From Mobula birostris (taxonomy: Eukaryota): 64,000 bases of DNA. The notes under the pieces were generated by a model, which saw only the letters and a list, made by a program, of their open reading frames with translations, was not told the origin of the DNA and did no database searches. Within the stretch, counting starts at the first letter, position 1; every line of letters starts with the position of its first letter. Both the position numbers and the translations under genes were made by a program. The stretch is taken from the NCBI RefSeq assembly GCF_030028105.1, contig NC_092399.1, positions 14,404,881 through 14,468,880 of the forward strand. The letters are read 5' to 3'. Below, piece after piece: positions 26,101 to 35,163 of the stretch.

Positions 26101-26382
26101 GGGGGTGGGGTGGAAGAAACACAGTTTAGAGATGAGGAATATTTATATCCTTTATGATTCTACTCCAGGGATGCCTTAACCTTGCTCTACAAACAACTGG
26201 CACGAGTACAAGAAGACATCAGTTTAAAGACCCATTCCCTCTGCCTTGATAACAAGAGCATGGATATAAGGAGAAAACTGACAACACCACCCGAGAAATA
26301 TGTGTCGAAGATGGATAGTTTCAACCGTACACCCAACCGGGAACTTTCAGAAGTTAAATGCAGACAGCTTGATTTATTATGA
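8039..26382 (+). CDS. TEKT2: Tektin-2, full gene: join(8039-8194,13290-13415,14312-14517,18309-18452,20286-20400,22454-22561,24421-24564,25463-25542,26169-26382)
   Basis: All introns are GT-AG with consistent phases; 1293 nt = 430 aa plus stop. Contains the tektin signature region RTYRPNVDLTRD and is colinear with vertebrate TEKT2 from METLSLK to CRQLDLL. Confidence 0.95.
8581..8953 (-). mobile_element. Solo LTR (373 bp)
   Basis: Termini TGTAG...CTACA; flanks gaatc/gtatc (5-bp TSD with one mismatch); minus-strand AATAAA at ~8709-8714. Confidence 0.6.
9240..9845 (-). mobile_element. Penelope-like element fragment with decayed hammerhead (~9342-9380)
   Basis: Minus ORF 9687-10019 ends RKLEEQHLIFHLGSLQPDVTDIDF; pLTR tail present; the hammerhead GAAA has mutated to AAAA. 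Confidence 0.7.
10897..11175 (+). mobile_element. tRNA-derived SINE
   Basis: Same family as 3700-3977; (aaat)n tail. Confidence 0.75.
11534..11643. repeat. 52-bp tandem duplication (~2.1 copies)
   Basis: taccag starts recur at 11534, 11586 and 11638; both full copies share aaacacaactgactttactc. Confidence 0.8.
12010..12830 (-). mobile_element. Penelope-like element fragment (GIY-YIG endonuclease end plus pLTR with hammerhead at 12075-12112)
   Basis: Minus ORF 12442-12843 contains IGESRHKLGDRFVEYL...FPVTKHSNSNSHSHSD; the reverse strand reads CAGTC CTGAAGA AGGC..CCT GAAA CATC GTCTG. Confidence 0.75.
13290..13415 (+). CDS. TEKT2: TEKT2 coding exon 2
   Basis: TKWDQEDNSTRLADRMDDVERWKELLEIALCDINAEIDGLTK; ttgcag / gtaagt. 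Confidence 0.93.
14312..14517 (+). CDS. TEKT2: TEKT2 coding exon 3
   Basis: TKEEAERALEAKNLNLDVAIESLTLREGRQDIDLV...AFEQL; ttccag / gtatgt. Confidence 0.93.
15735..16190 (-). mobile_element. Decayed Tigger/pogo-like DNA transposon fragment
   Basis: Minus ORF 15732-15959 FVTDIWRVINSQFITIQNDFAYCGF resembles the W..V...TI.NCF...GF end of pogo/Tigger DDE domains. Confidence 0.5.
16212..17062 (-). mobile_element. Solo LTR, Gypsy-like (851 bp), with exact 4-bp TSD
   Basis: TG...CA termini; CTAT at 16208-16211 and 17063-17066; minus-strand TATA-like motif (~16842-16850) and AATAAA (~16295-16300); CpGs are still intact. Confidence 0.8.
18309..18452 (+). CDS. TEKT2: TEKT2 coding exon 4
   Basis: (S)LLMEARQQLIFDIKNKREALNTDGVALSLNNNSPNISLKPNPLRIPP(G); atgcag / gtaaga. 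Confidence 0.93.
18912..19165 (-). mobile_element. CR1 LINE fragment
   Basis: LGLYSLEFRRLRGDLIETYKIL...RGHSLRI...RKNFFTQRVVNLW. Confidence 0.85.
19380..19950 (+). mobile_element. Rex1/Babar-like LINE 3' end (with nested repeat)
   Basis: Near-identical to 4405-4590 (ttcaggaacagcttcttcccctctgccatc). Confidence 0.7.
20286..20400 (+). CDS. TEKT2: TEKT2 coding exon 5
   Basis: LTTVQQWDMFSRYNKDRAEAEMKASTSLREAIQATIKH; ggtag / gtaagt. Confidence 0.93.
20483..21870 (-). mobile_element. 5'-truncated CR1 LINE (RT domain disrupted)
   Basis: Minus ORFs contain QHGF..GKSCL, VVYLDFQKSFDKVPH and GVPQGSVLGPLLF..YVNDL..KFADD, with frameshifts and stops between them. Confidence 0.9.
22454..22561 (+). CDS. TEKT2: TEKT2 coding exon 6
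   Basis: TDNEMGAQRVATDFAFRKRIHEFEQALNELKWQEEN; ttgcag / gtaatg. Confidence 0.93.
23215..23660 (-). mobile_element. Rex1/L2-like LINE 3' fragment
   Basis: Minus ORFs contain NRLNKLIRKAG and RLRQLHCSKECYMRSFLLLAVRLYN; (tatc)n tail. Confidence 0.65.
24421..24564 (+). CDS. TEKT2: TEKT2 coding exon 7
   Basis: ILEEIADLEEEIRHLEADLRAKTAPLKVAHTRLETRTYRPNVDLTRDE; actcag / gtaaga. Confidence 0.95.
24752..25255 (+). mobile_element. CR1 LINE 3' end
   Basis: ORF 24778-25161 is the CR1 ORF2 C-terminus, followed by the 3' UTR hairpin and tail. Confidence 0.9.
25463..25542 (+). CDS. TEKT2: TEKT2 coding exon 8
   Basis: AQYGLIDEVHQLEGTIAALKEKLGQS(Q); ctgcag / gtaagt. Confidence 0.93.
26169..26382 (+). CDS. 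TEKT2: TEKT2 last coding exon
   Basis: DALTLLYKQLARVQEDISLKTHSLCLDNKSMDIRRKL...CRQLDLL*; ctccag acceptor. Confidence 0.93.
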
Positions 26383-26480
26383 TGATATTGGATTGAGTTC
26401 ATAGAGGAGAATACATTTTATAATGTGATGATGCACCTGCAGCAGTGAACATGTATTACACATGCAGTAGTCGTCAAGGA

Positions 26481-26490
26481 AATAAATAAA
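26481..26490 (+). terminator. TEKT2: TEKT2 polyadenylation signal
   Basis: Overlapping AATAAA hexamers (aataaataaa) ~100 nt after the stop codon. Confidence 0.75.
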
Positions 26491-26516
26491 AGTGCCTCAT
26501 CTCTCTCAGCGAGTGT

Positions 26517-26880
26517 ATAGAGTCATAAAGCACCGTGCCCTTCGGCCCATCTAGTCCATGCTAAACTGTTGTTCTGTCTAGTTCCATGAACCCACACCTG
26601 CACCATAGCCCTCTGTACCCCTCCCATCTGCTTACTTAATCCAAACTGCACTTAAATGTTGAAATTAAACCCACATCCCACCACTTTCGTTGGCAGCTCA
26701 TTTCACACTCTCACCACCTTCTGAGTGAGGAAGATTCCTCTCAGGTCCCCCTTAAACCTTTCTCCTTTCAACCTTAGCCCATGACCTCTAGTTCTAGTTT
26801 CGCCCAATCTCAGTGGAAAAAACCTGCTTGTATTTACCCTGTCTACACCCCTCATAATTTCATGCATTTCAATCAATTTC
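26517..26880 (-). mobile_element. CR1 LINE 3' fragment
   Basis: Minus ORF 26703-26891 contains TRTRGHGLRLKGERFKGDLRG. Confidence 0.8.
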
Positions 26881-27004
26881 TTCAGAGTCAAAAGTCAAAA
26901 CCATATAAGTTTTTCTTTACAATTACTTGTCATTTTCTATAAAAATTATAAAGATTATTATTCTAATCATCTTGTATATTCCTTACTGAACAGCCTGAAG
27001 CTTA

Positions 27005-27470
27005 ATGGTAGTTCCCAACCTGATGGCATGAACATTGATTTCTCTTACTTCCAGTAACTGGCCCGCCCCTTCCCCATTCCTGTTTCCTTCTCTCACCTTC
27101 TCTCCTTGCCTGCCCATCACCTCCCTCTGGTGCTCCTCCCCCTTCCCTTTCTTCCATGGCCTTCTGTCCTCTCCTATCAGATTCCCCCTTCTCCAGCCCT
27201 TTATCTCTTTCACCAATCAACTTACCAGGTCTTTACTTCACACCCTCCCCCCTCTCCCAGTCTCACCCATCACCTACCTCCTCGTACCTCTTCTTCCCCT
27301 CCCGACCTTCTTCTCTGAGTTCTCCACTTTCTTTCCAGTCCCGAAGAAGGGTCTCGGCCCGAAATGTCGACTGTTTACTCTTTTCCACAAATGCTGCCTG
27401 ACCTGCTGAGTTCCTCCAGCATTTTGTGTGCGTTGCTTTGGATTTCCAGCAGCTGCAGATTTCCTCGTGA
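27005..27470 (+). mobile_element. Penelope-like element 3' fragment; hammerhead at 27336-27373 with mutated core
   Basis: CAGTC CCGAAGA AGGGTCTCGGCCC GAAA TGTC GACTG (CUG>CCG); same pLTR tail as 7433-7843. Confidence 0.72.
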
Positions 27471-27799
27471 TTGTTAACCTTAATGATGCCTGTTGTGGAA
27501 ATGTTTTTTTTTGTTGTTGGCATTTGTCGCAAGTTTATTTTGCAAAGGTACATGGGTGAAAAGAATGGTGGTTAATCTTATACCTTCATTTTAAAATGTG
27601 TGAGGCTGTCAGCGAATGGACACACACTGAAGGTTTATGCTTTGCTCACACGAAGTGGCTGGGCAGGCGTCATGGGGAATTAGCAATAGAATTCATCCAA
27701 AAATTCTGACTGTTATTCCCTTTGTTTCATTGCACCACACAGTTAATACGAAAAGATTACAAATACAAAAATCCATAAACAAAATTGTGTGTGTGTGTG

Positions 27800-28250
27800 T
27801 AATTACCTGGCGTGAGCAGGTGCCTCACACTGAAATACTTGTAAAGACCAACTGCAGGAGTATTGAGGCCATGATCACCCAGCATCAGCTGCAGCGGCTG
27901 GGGCACGTGATAAGGATGCCCCCATGTCGGCTACCCCTCAGAGTGTTATACAGCCAGCTACAAGAAATGCAAGATCAGACCCGAGGACCTGGAGGAGGTT
28001 GCTGCTGACCGTACCACTTGGCGACAGCTGTGTAGGGACGGGATTCGTATCCTGGAGATGGAAAGAACAACCAGAAGACAGCAGAAGAGAGCCAGGAGAA
28101 ATGCAGCCATGGTTGCTGCCACTACCACATATACATGAACCACCTGCAATAGAGCTTGTGGGTCCAGGAAAGGACTGTATAGTCATCAAAGATCTCACCG
28201 TTAAAGGAGTGGATGTCGTCATCGGATTTCGATGGACAACCAAAGAAGTA
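27800..28250 (+). mobile_element. RTE-clade LINE 3' fragment
   Basis: ITWREQVPHTEILVKTNCRSIEAMITQHQLQRLGHVIRMPPCRLPLRVLYSQL is an RTE C-terminal motif. Confidence 0.75.
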
Positions 28251-28320
28251 AGTGTGTGTGTGTGTGAGAGAGAGAGTGAGAGTGAGATACTCAATGTTGC
28301 CTTTCAACCTATTCCTAGAG

Positions 28321-28399
28321 CAGGGGTTCCCAAACCTGGGTCCACAGACCCCTCCGTTAAAGGTAAGGGTTCTTGGCATAAAAAAGTAGGGAACTCCTG
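28321..28399. mobile_element. hAT-type MITE
   Basis: TIRs caggggttccc / gggaactcctg; flanks tcctagag / atctagag; an inverted second copy lies at 53206-53285. Confidence 0.75.
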
Positions 28400-29299
28400 A
28401 TCTAGAGGATAGTTAATAGCAATTACCCCTAGTTTTGCTTTGTCTTTTGTTGAAATCTACTTACTTCTGCTGAAGCCTCAGATAAACTGAGGAGTAAGCA
28501 GAGAACCTGCCACGGATATAATCTTTAAAACTATAAGATAAGGTAGATAACTCACTTTGTCATTATGAACTTTGAAAGACCGCAATTTAAAAAAAATATT
28601 AGCTTAAGATCCATGAAAAATCATTCAATTTGTTATGATAGGACTTTGATTTGCCCTGTGTAGCTTTATATGAATTAGTTCCCAAAGTCTGAAACTGAAG
28701 AATATAAATCTATAATTAAACCAAAGCAGCTTGTTGAATTTGTTTCGTTCTACCAACACAGAGTAATAACATTTATTTCAAATAGCTATGTATTAAATTG
28801 GGTAAAGCAATATTCAGATGTCATGGACCACATGACCAAAAATACACTTTGTTGCAAAGTTACAATGAGAAACATATAAAGAGGAACACCAACAACTGAA
28901 TCAATTTCATAAGCAAAAGAAAACTATCATTTTTAAAATAATATAACAGGAGGTGGCATTAGGAATGTGCTCAGTCCCATTTCATTGCTGATACACTGCC
29001 TTGGTTACACCGTCACCTCTGTAAGTTGCACTAGTCATAATTACTAACTAGTTGACTTTCTCCACTTAGTTTCACGTTGTTTCACAAAATTGAAACAATC
29101 CAATGAAACTCTTTGTTTGCCTGCAAATTCGCATTCAGGAGTCTAAATCGTGGTCTCTCCCCTCATTGTTCTGTAAACTTCCATAGCTTTACAATCCCTG
29201 AAGACCCTGTTTCACTGACTCTGATGACTATAGAATAACCCTTGCTTTTGCCCACCATGAGAGTTCATGCTTCAGCTAATCAGCCCTGCGATTTAAAAT

Positions 29300-29775
29300 T
29301 CATCACTGTCGGTCTCTCTTCTCGCCATTACAGACATTTACCACACGCTGCATCCGTAAAGCAAACAGCATTATGAAGGACTCCACGCACCCCTCATACA
29401 AACTCTTCTCCCTCCTGCCATCTGGCAAAAGGCACCGAAGCATTCGGGCTGTCACAACCAGACTGTGTAACAGTTCCTTCCCCCAAGTCATCAGACTCCT
29501 CAATACCCAGAGCCTGGACAGACACCAACCTACTGCCCTCTACTGTGCCTATTGTCTTGTTTATTATTTATTGTAATACCTGCACTGTTTTGTGCACTTT
29601 ATGCAGTCCTGGGTAGGTCTGTAGTCTAGTGTAGTTTTTGTGTTGTTTTACGTAGTTCCGTGTACCTTTTGTATTGTTCATATAGCACCATGGTCCTGAA
29701 AAACGTCTCGTTTTTACTGTGTACGGTACCAGCAGTTATGGTCGAAATGACAATAAAAAGTGACGACTTGACTTG
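29300..29775 (+). mobile_element. Rex1/Babar-like LINE 3' end
   Basis: HPSYKLFSLLPSGKRHRSIRAVTTRLCNSSFPQVIRLLN; (gactt)n tail. Confidence 0.75.
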
Positions 29776-29939
29776 AATATCACTGGTAGATGTACTAAAC
29801 TTTGTTGTTTTGTGGCAGCAGTACATTGCAATACATGATAAGTAAAAACCTATATATTTTATTGTGATTTGTAGGGCTTTTCATCATGCACTGTACTACA
29901 AAAAATTCACAACATATGCCAGTGATATTAAACCTGATT

Positions 29940-30215
29940 CTTTACACTTTATTGTCGCCAAACAATTGATACTAGAATGTACAATCATCACAGCGATATT
30001 TGATTCTGTGCTTCCTGTTCCCTGGATTACAAATCAATAGTAAATATTAAAAATTTAAATTATAAATCATAAATAGAAAATAGAAAAATGGAAAGTAAGG
30101 TAGTGCAAAAAAACTGAGATGCAGGTCCGGATATTTGGAGGATACGGCCCAGATCTGGGTCAGGATCCGTTCAGCAGTCTTATCACAGTTGGAAAGAAGC
30201 TGTTCCCAATTCTGG
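29940..30215 (-). mobile_element. Young retroposon 3' end, near-identical to 38530-38742
   Basis: About 200 bp shared with few differences (…aaacaattgatactagaatgtacaatcatcacagcgatatttgattctgtgctt…). Confidence 0.7.
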
Positions 30216-30239
30216 CTGTAATAGTAAGTAGTGTAAAAA

Positions 30240-31450
30240 AGAAAGCCAAAGAAGAGGGGAAAAATAGTGAGGTAGTGTATGTGGGTTCATTGTTCATTCA
30301 TAAATCTGAGGGAAAGAAGTTGTTGCTGAAACGTTGAGTGTGTGTCTCCATTCTCCGTACCTCCTACTTGGTGGTAGCACTGCGAAGAGGGCACGTCCTG
30401 GGTGATGGGGCCCTTAATGATGGATGCTGCCCTTTTTTGAGGCATTGCCATTTGAAGGTGTCCTGGATGCAGGGGAGGCTGGTGCTCACGATGGAGGTGG
30501 CCGAGTTTACAACTTTCTGTGGCTTTTTCTGATTTTGTACAATGGCCCCTGTGTGCTAGACGGTGATACAACCAGCCAGAGTGCTGTCCGTGGTACACCT
30601 CTAGAAATTTGTGAGAGTTGTCGGTGGCACGCCAACTCTCCTCAAGCTCCTAATGATATAGAACCCCTGTCGTGCCTTCTTTGTAATTGCATCAATATGG
30701 CGGGCCCGGGATAGAACCAAAGGACCTGAAACTGCTCACCATTCCCGCTGCTGTCTTTCAGTGAGGACTGGTGTGTGTTCCCCCGACTTCTCCCTCATGA
30801 AATCCACAATCAATTCTTTGGTCTTACCGACTCCGGGTGCAAGGCTGGTGCAGTGACATCACTCAGACAAATGGTCTGTCTCGCTCCCGTGTGCACCCCC
30901 CCCGTCACCATCTGAAATTCCGCCGCCAGTGGCTGTGGTATTGAAAAATTTGTTTGAGCTGTGCCTAGCCACACAGTCCTGGGTGTCGAAAGAGTTCAGC
31001 AGTGGGATGTGCGCCAGGGTCAACTGTCAGCGAGGAGGAGATGTCACTTCCGCGGTCCATGCAGACCGTGGCCTCGCGGTGAGGAAGTCGAGGATCCATT
31101 TGCGGAGGGAGGTACAGAGGCCCAGGTTTTGGAACTTGCTGCTCAGAACTGACAGTACATTTGTGTTCAACGCTGAGTTGTAATCAATAAATAGCCGTCT
31201 GCTGTAGGTATTGCTCTTGTCCAGGTGATCTAAGGCTGAGAGAAGAGTCTGCGAGTTTGCGTCCACCGCAGACCTGTTGCGGCCATAGACAAAATGCAGT
31301 GGGGCCGGGTCCCTGCCTAGACGGGTCTTGATTCTAGCCATGACCAAACTCTCAAAGGACTTCATCACAGTGGATGTGAGTGCCACTGGGTGATGGTCAC
31401 TGAGGCAGCTCCCTCTGCTCCTCTTGGGCACTGGTATAATTGTTGCCCTT
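30240..31450 (-). mobile_element. Rex1/Babar-like LINE, decayed RT
   Basis: Minus ORF 31027-31431 HPVALTSTVMKSFESLV...NRSAVDA...LFIDYNSALNT corresponds to RT domains 1-3. Confidence 0.8.
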
Positions 31451-31464
31451 TACTTTGATATGCG

Positions 31465-31705
31465 TGGGCACGTGGCCAAGTGGTTAAGGCATTTGACTAG
31501 TGACCTGGAGGTTGTGAGTTTGAGCCCCAGCCGAGGCAACGTGTTGTGTCCTTGAGCAAGGCACTTAATCACACAGTGCTCTGCGACGACACTGGTGCCA
31601 AGCTGTATTGGCCCTTGCCCTTCCCTTGGACAACATTGGTGTCATGGAGAGGGGAGACTTGCAACATGGGCAACTGCTGGTCTTCCATACAACCTTGCCC
31701 AGGAG
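31465..31705 (+). mobile_element. tRNA-head SINE (second family)
   Basis: gtggccaagtggttaagg...gtgagtttgagcccc A/B boxes; related to 41680-41975. Confidence 0.7.
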
Positions 31706-34189
31706 AGTGAAGACTTTCCAGGCACAGATCCATGGTCTCGCAAGACTAACAGATGCCTTTATTACCTTGATGTCTATCTCTTCAGTGAAACTTCTGGTTC
31801 TCCTTTCTAAAAATATTATTTTTATATCTTAAGCAATCATTTTTGGCTGAAATGCTGAAGGATTTACTTTCATTAAAAAACACTGAAGAGGACAATTTCC
31901 TTATGCGAATGACAAAAACTCTTAATTGATTAGAACATCAATATTTCCAGTGTAGATTGAACATTTGCGGGTGCCCTGAAGGTGTCTTTTAGCTTCAAAG
32001 TCTCTGATAAGTCATCACCTTCATCGTGTGCCGTGTCGTATGACGTAGGTGATCATGGTCTATGACCACGATTGTTCTCAGCAAACTTTTCTACAGAAGT
32101 GGTTTGCCATTGTCTTCTTCTGGGCAGTGTCTTTTACAAGATGGGTGACCCCAGCCATTATCAATACTCTTCAGAGACTGCCTGGCATCAGTGGTCACAT
32201 AACCAGGACTTGTGATATGCACCAGCTGCCCATACGACCATCCACCACCTGTTCCCATGGACTCACGTGACCCTGATCGGGGAAGGGCGCAGCTAAGCAC
32301 CTTGCCCAAGGGTGACCTGCAGGCTGGCGGAGGGAAGGAACACCTTCCTCCTTTGGTAGAGACCGCCTGCCTCCCTGCTACCCGAATTTAGGAAGTAAAT
32401 ACCTCAGAAAAAGGAAAACTAATTTCTGTGGGGAAAAACATGCTCTTGGACAAGGTCTGAATGATTTTATTTACATAAATAGCTTAAGATGGATTCTCAC
32501 AAGGCAGCTGTAGTCTCAACTACCAGCCAGAGACATGAAAAACACATGAGCAAGGAATATAAAAGATCTGTGATCTTTATTATGATAATCACCAGCAAAA
32601 TATTTGTTTCCCACGCTGCGCTGAACTGCTCTTGCCAGAGAGACCATGATCTGCTACGTTGCCTCTCTGCTCTCCACGTAATCGAAGTATTCAAAGAGCT
32701 GCTCGGCGAGGAATTCCAGGATTTTGACCCGGTGACAAAGGAGTGCATTGTCGTGGGGAATATAACCATGGTGGTTTCCTTGCATTTCCTGCCCTTGTCC
32801 TTACAGGTGGTCGAAGCTGCAGATTGACCGTGACCTCTGGTGAGTTGTTGTAGATGGTGGGAGTGGGATGTTGCGAGGATAGGGTGGGATTCTGCTTAAG
32901 TGGGCAACTTCATCTTGGAAGATAAGTTTCCTGATTGCTGCAGAGAATTTCTCATTGCATTTCTGACTCACACTCTGCAGGTAGTGGAACTCCAGTCACG
33001 TGCTGCAGAATGCCAGGGCTGCTTTTGTAGGCGTGTTATTTACGGGGCTGGTTCGTTTGTGATAATTCAGCAAGAGGATGGGAAACTTCGTATCATCTTA
33101 CACTGCACAACCTCCAAGAGGACCATAAACCTTTCATGGGCCTCAATGACCCAGATAGCTACATTGGCTCTAGTCAGGGCTTTATGCTTTGGCTCTTGGT
33201 AGCGTCACCCATGCCAAACAGGTCAAAGGGGAGAGGTCAAACTAATACTGGTCCACCGGTCCTCCAGGTTCGGGGTTTCAGCATGGGGCTAACAACCCCG
33301 ACTGGTCAAGCACAACTGTAACAGATACAACAATGAAGAACCTTTCTACGTCAGTGTGCAACTGTGTGATGGCCAAGGACAGACAGAAATGGAGGCCCTT
33401 TTAATGGTGAGCCATTAGTTTTTGTTGGACTGCCGACCATGGTCTCTCTTCAGAGGCTTTGCTATTGCTGCTTGCTTGGTGGGTGCTGATGCTTCCTGCC
33501 GGAATAAGTGAAGGAGGGGGAGAGTTGATGCTTGTGTGTGGGAGAGGGGCGCTTTCTGGTTCTGACTTTTTACTGTCATTCATTATTTAGGGTTCTCCTC
33601 TGTTTCGTGGCTGTCTGTGAAGAATAAGAATTTCAGATTGTATACTATATACATTCTCTGATATTAAATGTAAGCATTGGTGCCCGAAATGCCAGCGGGC
33701 ATAACCAGTATGCCCGCACTGAACATAATGCCTACAATTTGTAATTGTCCTTAGTCACTTTTCACTCCAGGAATGATTATTATTCGGGTTGTTTCACATG
33801 TACTTTATGGATTTTTTTTTAAAAAAGAGAGGATGGAAGATTGCGGATTTAGGTTTGAACCCTAATCCATGTTGAATTTGCTGATCTCGGCAAAATGTAG
33901 CTCCCTAACCCGGGACTGTCAGTCAAGTACTGTTAGTATTCATCGCCCCCAGTTGGCAGAGGCAGGATTCACAATTAAATAACCCGCTCAAACTGGGGGG
34001 CGGGCTCGGCAGAAACAGGGACTTCAAATTAACACCCCAAGTTTAGAGCTGGGCAGAAAAATGAGAGAGATAACCAAAATAATCAACTTTAAATTCTCCA
34101 GAATACCGAAACTACGAGACAATGTGATTCCAGTGACCCCTGTCTCCACCAGACGGCGGCAGCGGTCTCCCATTACCCTCTCTCTACAC

Positions 34190-34816
34190 ATGCTCATACC
34201 AATGGCGGGGGGATGTAGGTATAAAGTTAATCTTATCCTGCAGTTACACAATATATAACCAGGATCAACAAGCAACTGTTATTGTTTGATCGATGTTAGG
34301 TGGGTGACCTTAAATCGTATTTGGTTGCTGTGAATTGATTGCCGATAAAAGGAAGTAGCGCCGGGCCGATGATCGACAGGTGTGGCAGCCAATTGAGAAG
34401 CAGGTAATTTTGAGAGGGCGGGCACCCGCGACAAGATGTCCAATAAGGTAGCGAGGGGGCGTGTCCCCAGGTCCCATGTGGCTACATTGCGAGTTACAAA
34501 GAAACAAAAGCAACTGTTTTAGAAGATCCGAGTGGCGAGACAAAGAGTGGGTGAATCGGGCAGCGAGCGGACGCGTGTTCTCCCCGGCAGTGAGTGGCGA
34601 CACAGACCTTTATTTAAAGTGTGTCTACTGCAAATCCAGTTCATTGCAAAAAAAATCTTTCTCTTCCCCTCCGTGGTGTTAATTACAATAATGAGTTAAT
34701 TACAGACAATCATCTCACAGTTCTTGTGGGGTATTTTTTTTAATGTATTTGTTTCATTATATGTTCTTGTGCCTCTTATTCCTTCCTCCCCCACCCACCC
34801 GCCCGCCGGCCGCCAG
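34190..34816 (+). promoter_or_regulatory. CpG-rich promoter/5' region of the RBM24/38-like gene, with a possible 5' UTR intron at 34590-34816
   Basis: CpG enrichment; CCAAT boxes at ~34199, ~34389 and ~34440; donor GTGAGT at 34590; pyrimidine tract plus CAG ending 34816, two nt before the ATG. Confidence 0.55.
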
Positions 34817-34818
34817 TT

Positions 34819-34977
34819 ATGAATAAGGACAGGTTATTTCGGAAGCTCTTTGTGGGTGGGTTACCGTATCACAGCAATGAAGGGTCTCTCACGCGGCACT
34901 TCCAGCGGTTCGGCGAGATTGAGGAAGCGGCGGTGATAACCGACAAGCTGACCGGCCGATCACGAGGATACGGCTTT
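34819..34977 (+). CDS. RBM24/38-like coding exon 1
   Basis: [53 protein letters not shown]; donor gtgagt. Confidence 0.92.
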
Positions 34978-35130
34978 GTGAGTATCGAATTCGTTGCAAG
35001 TCGAAGGTTCTTGGTGGCGAAATCTGCTTTCGGGTCGGGTGCTACCCGGTGGAGGTTGCTGATTAGCAAAGGCACTTTGCATTTAGCGTTTCAACGAGCG
35101 GGAAAAGCCTATCAGACGAGGCAGTCACCC

Positions 35131-35163
<33 letters not shown>

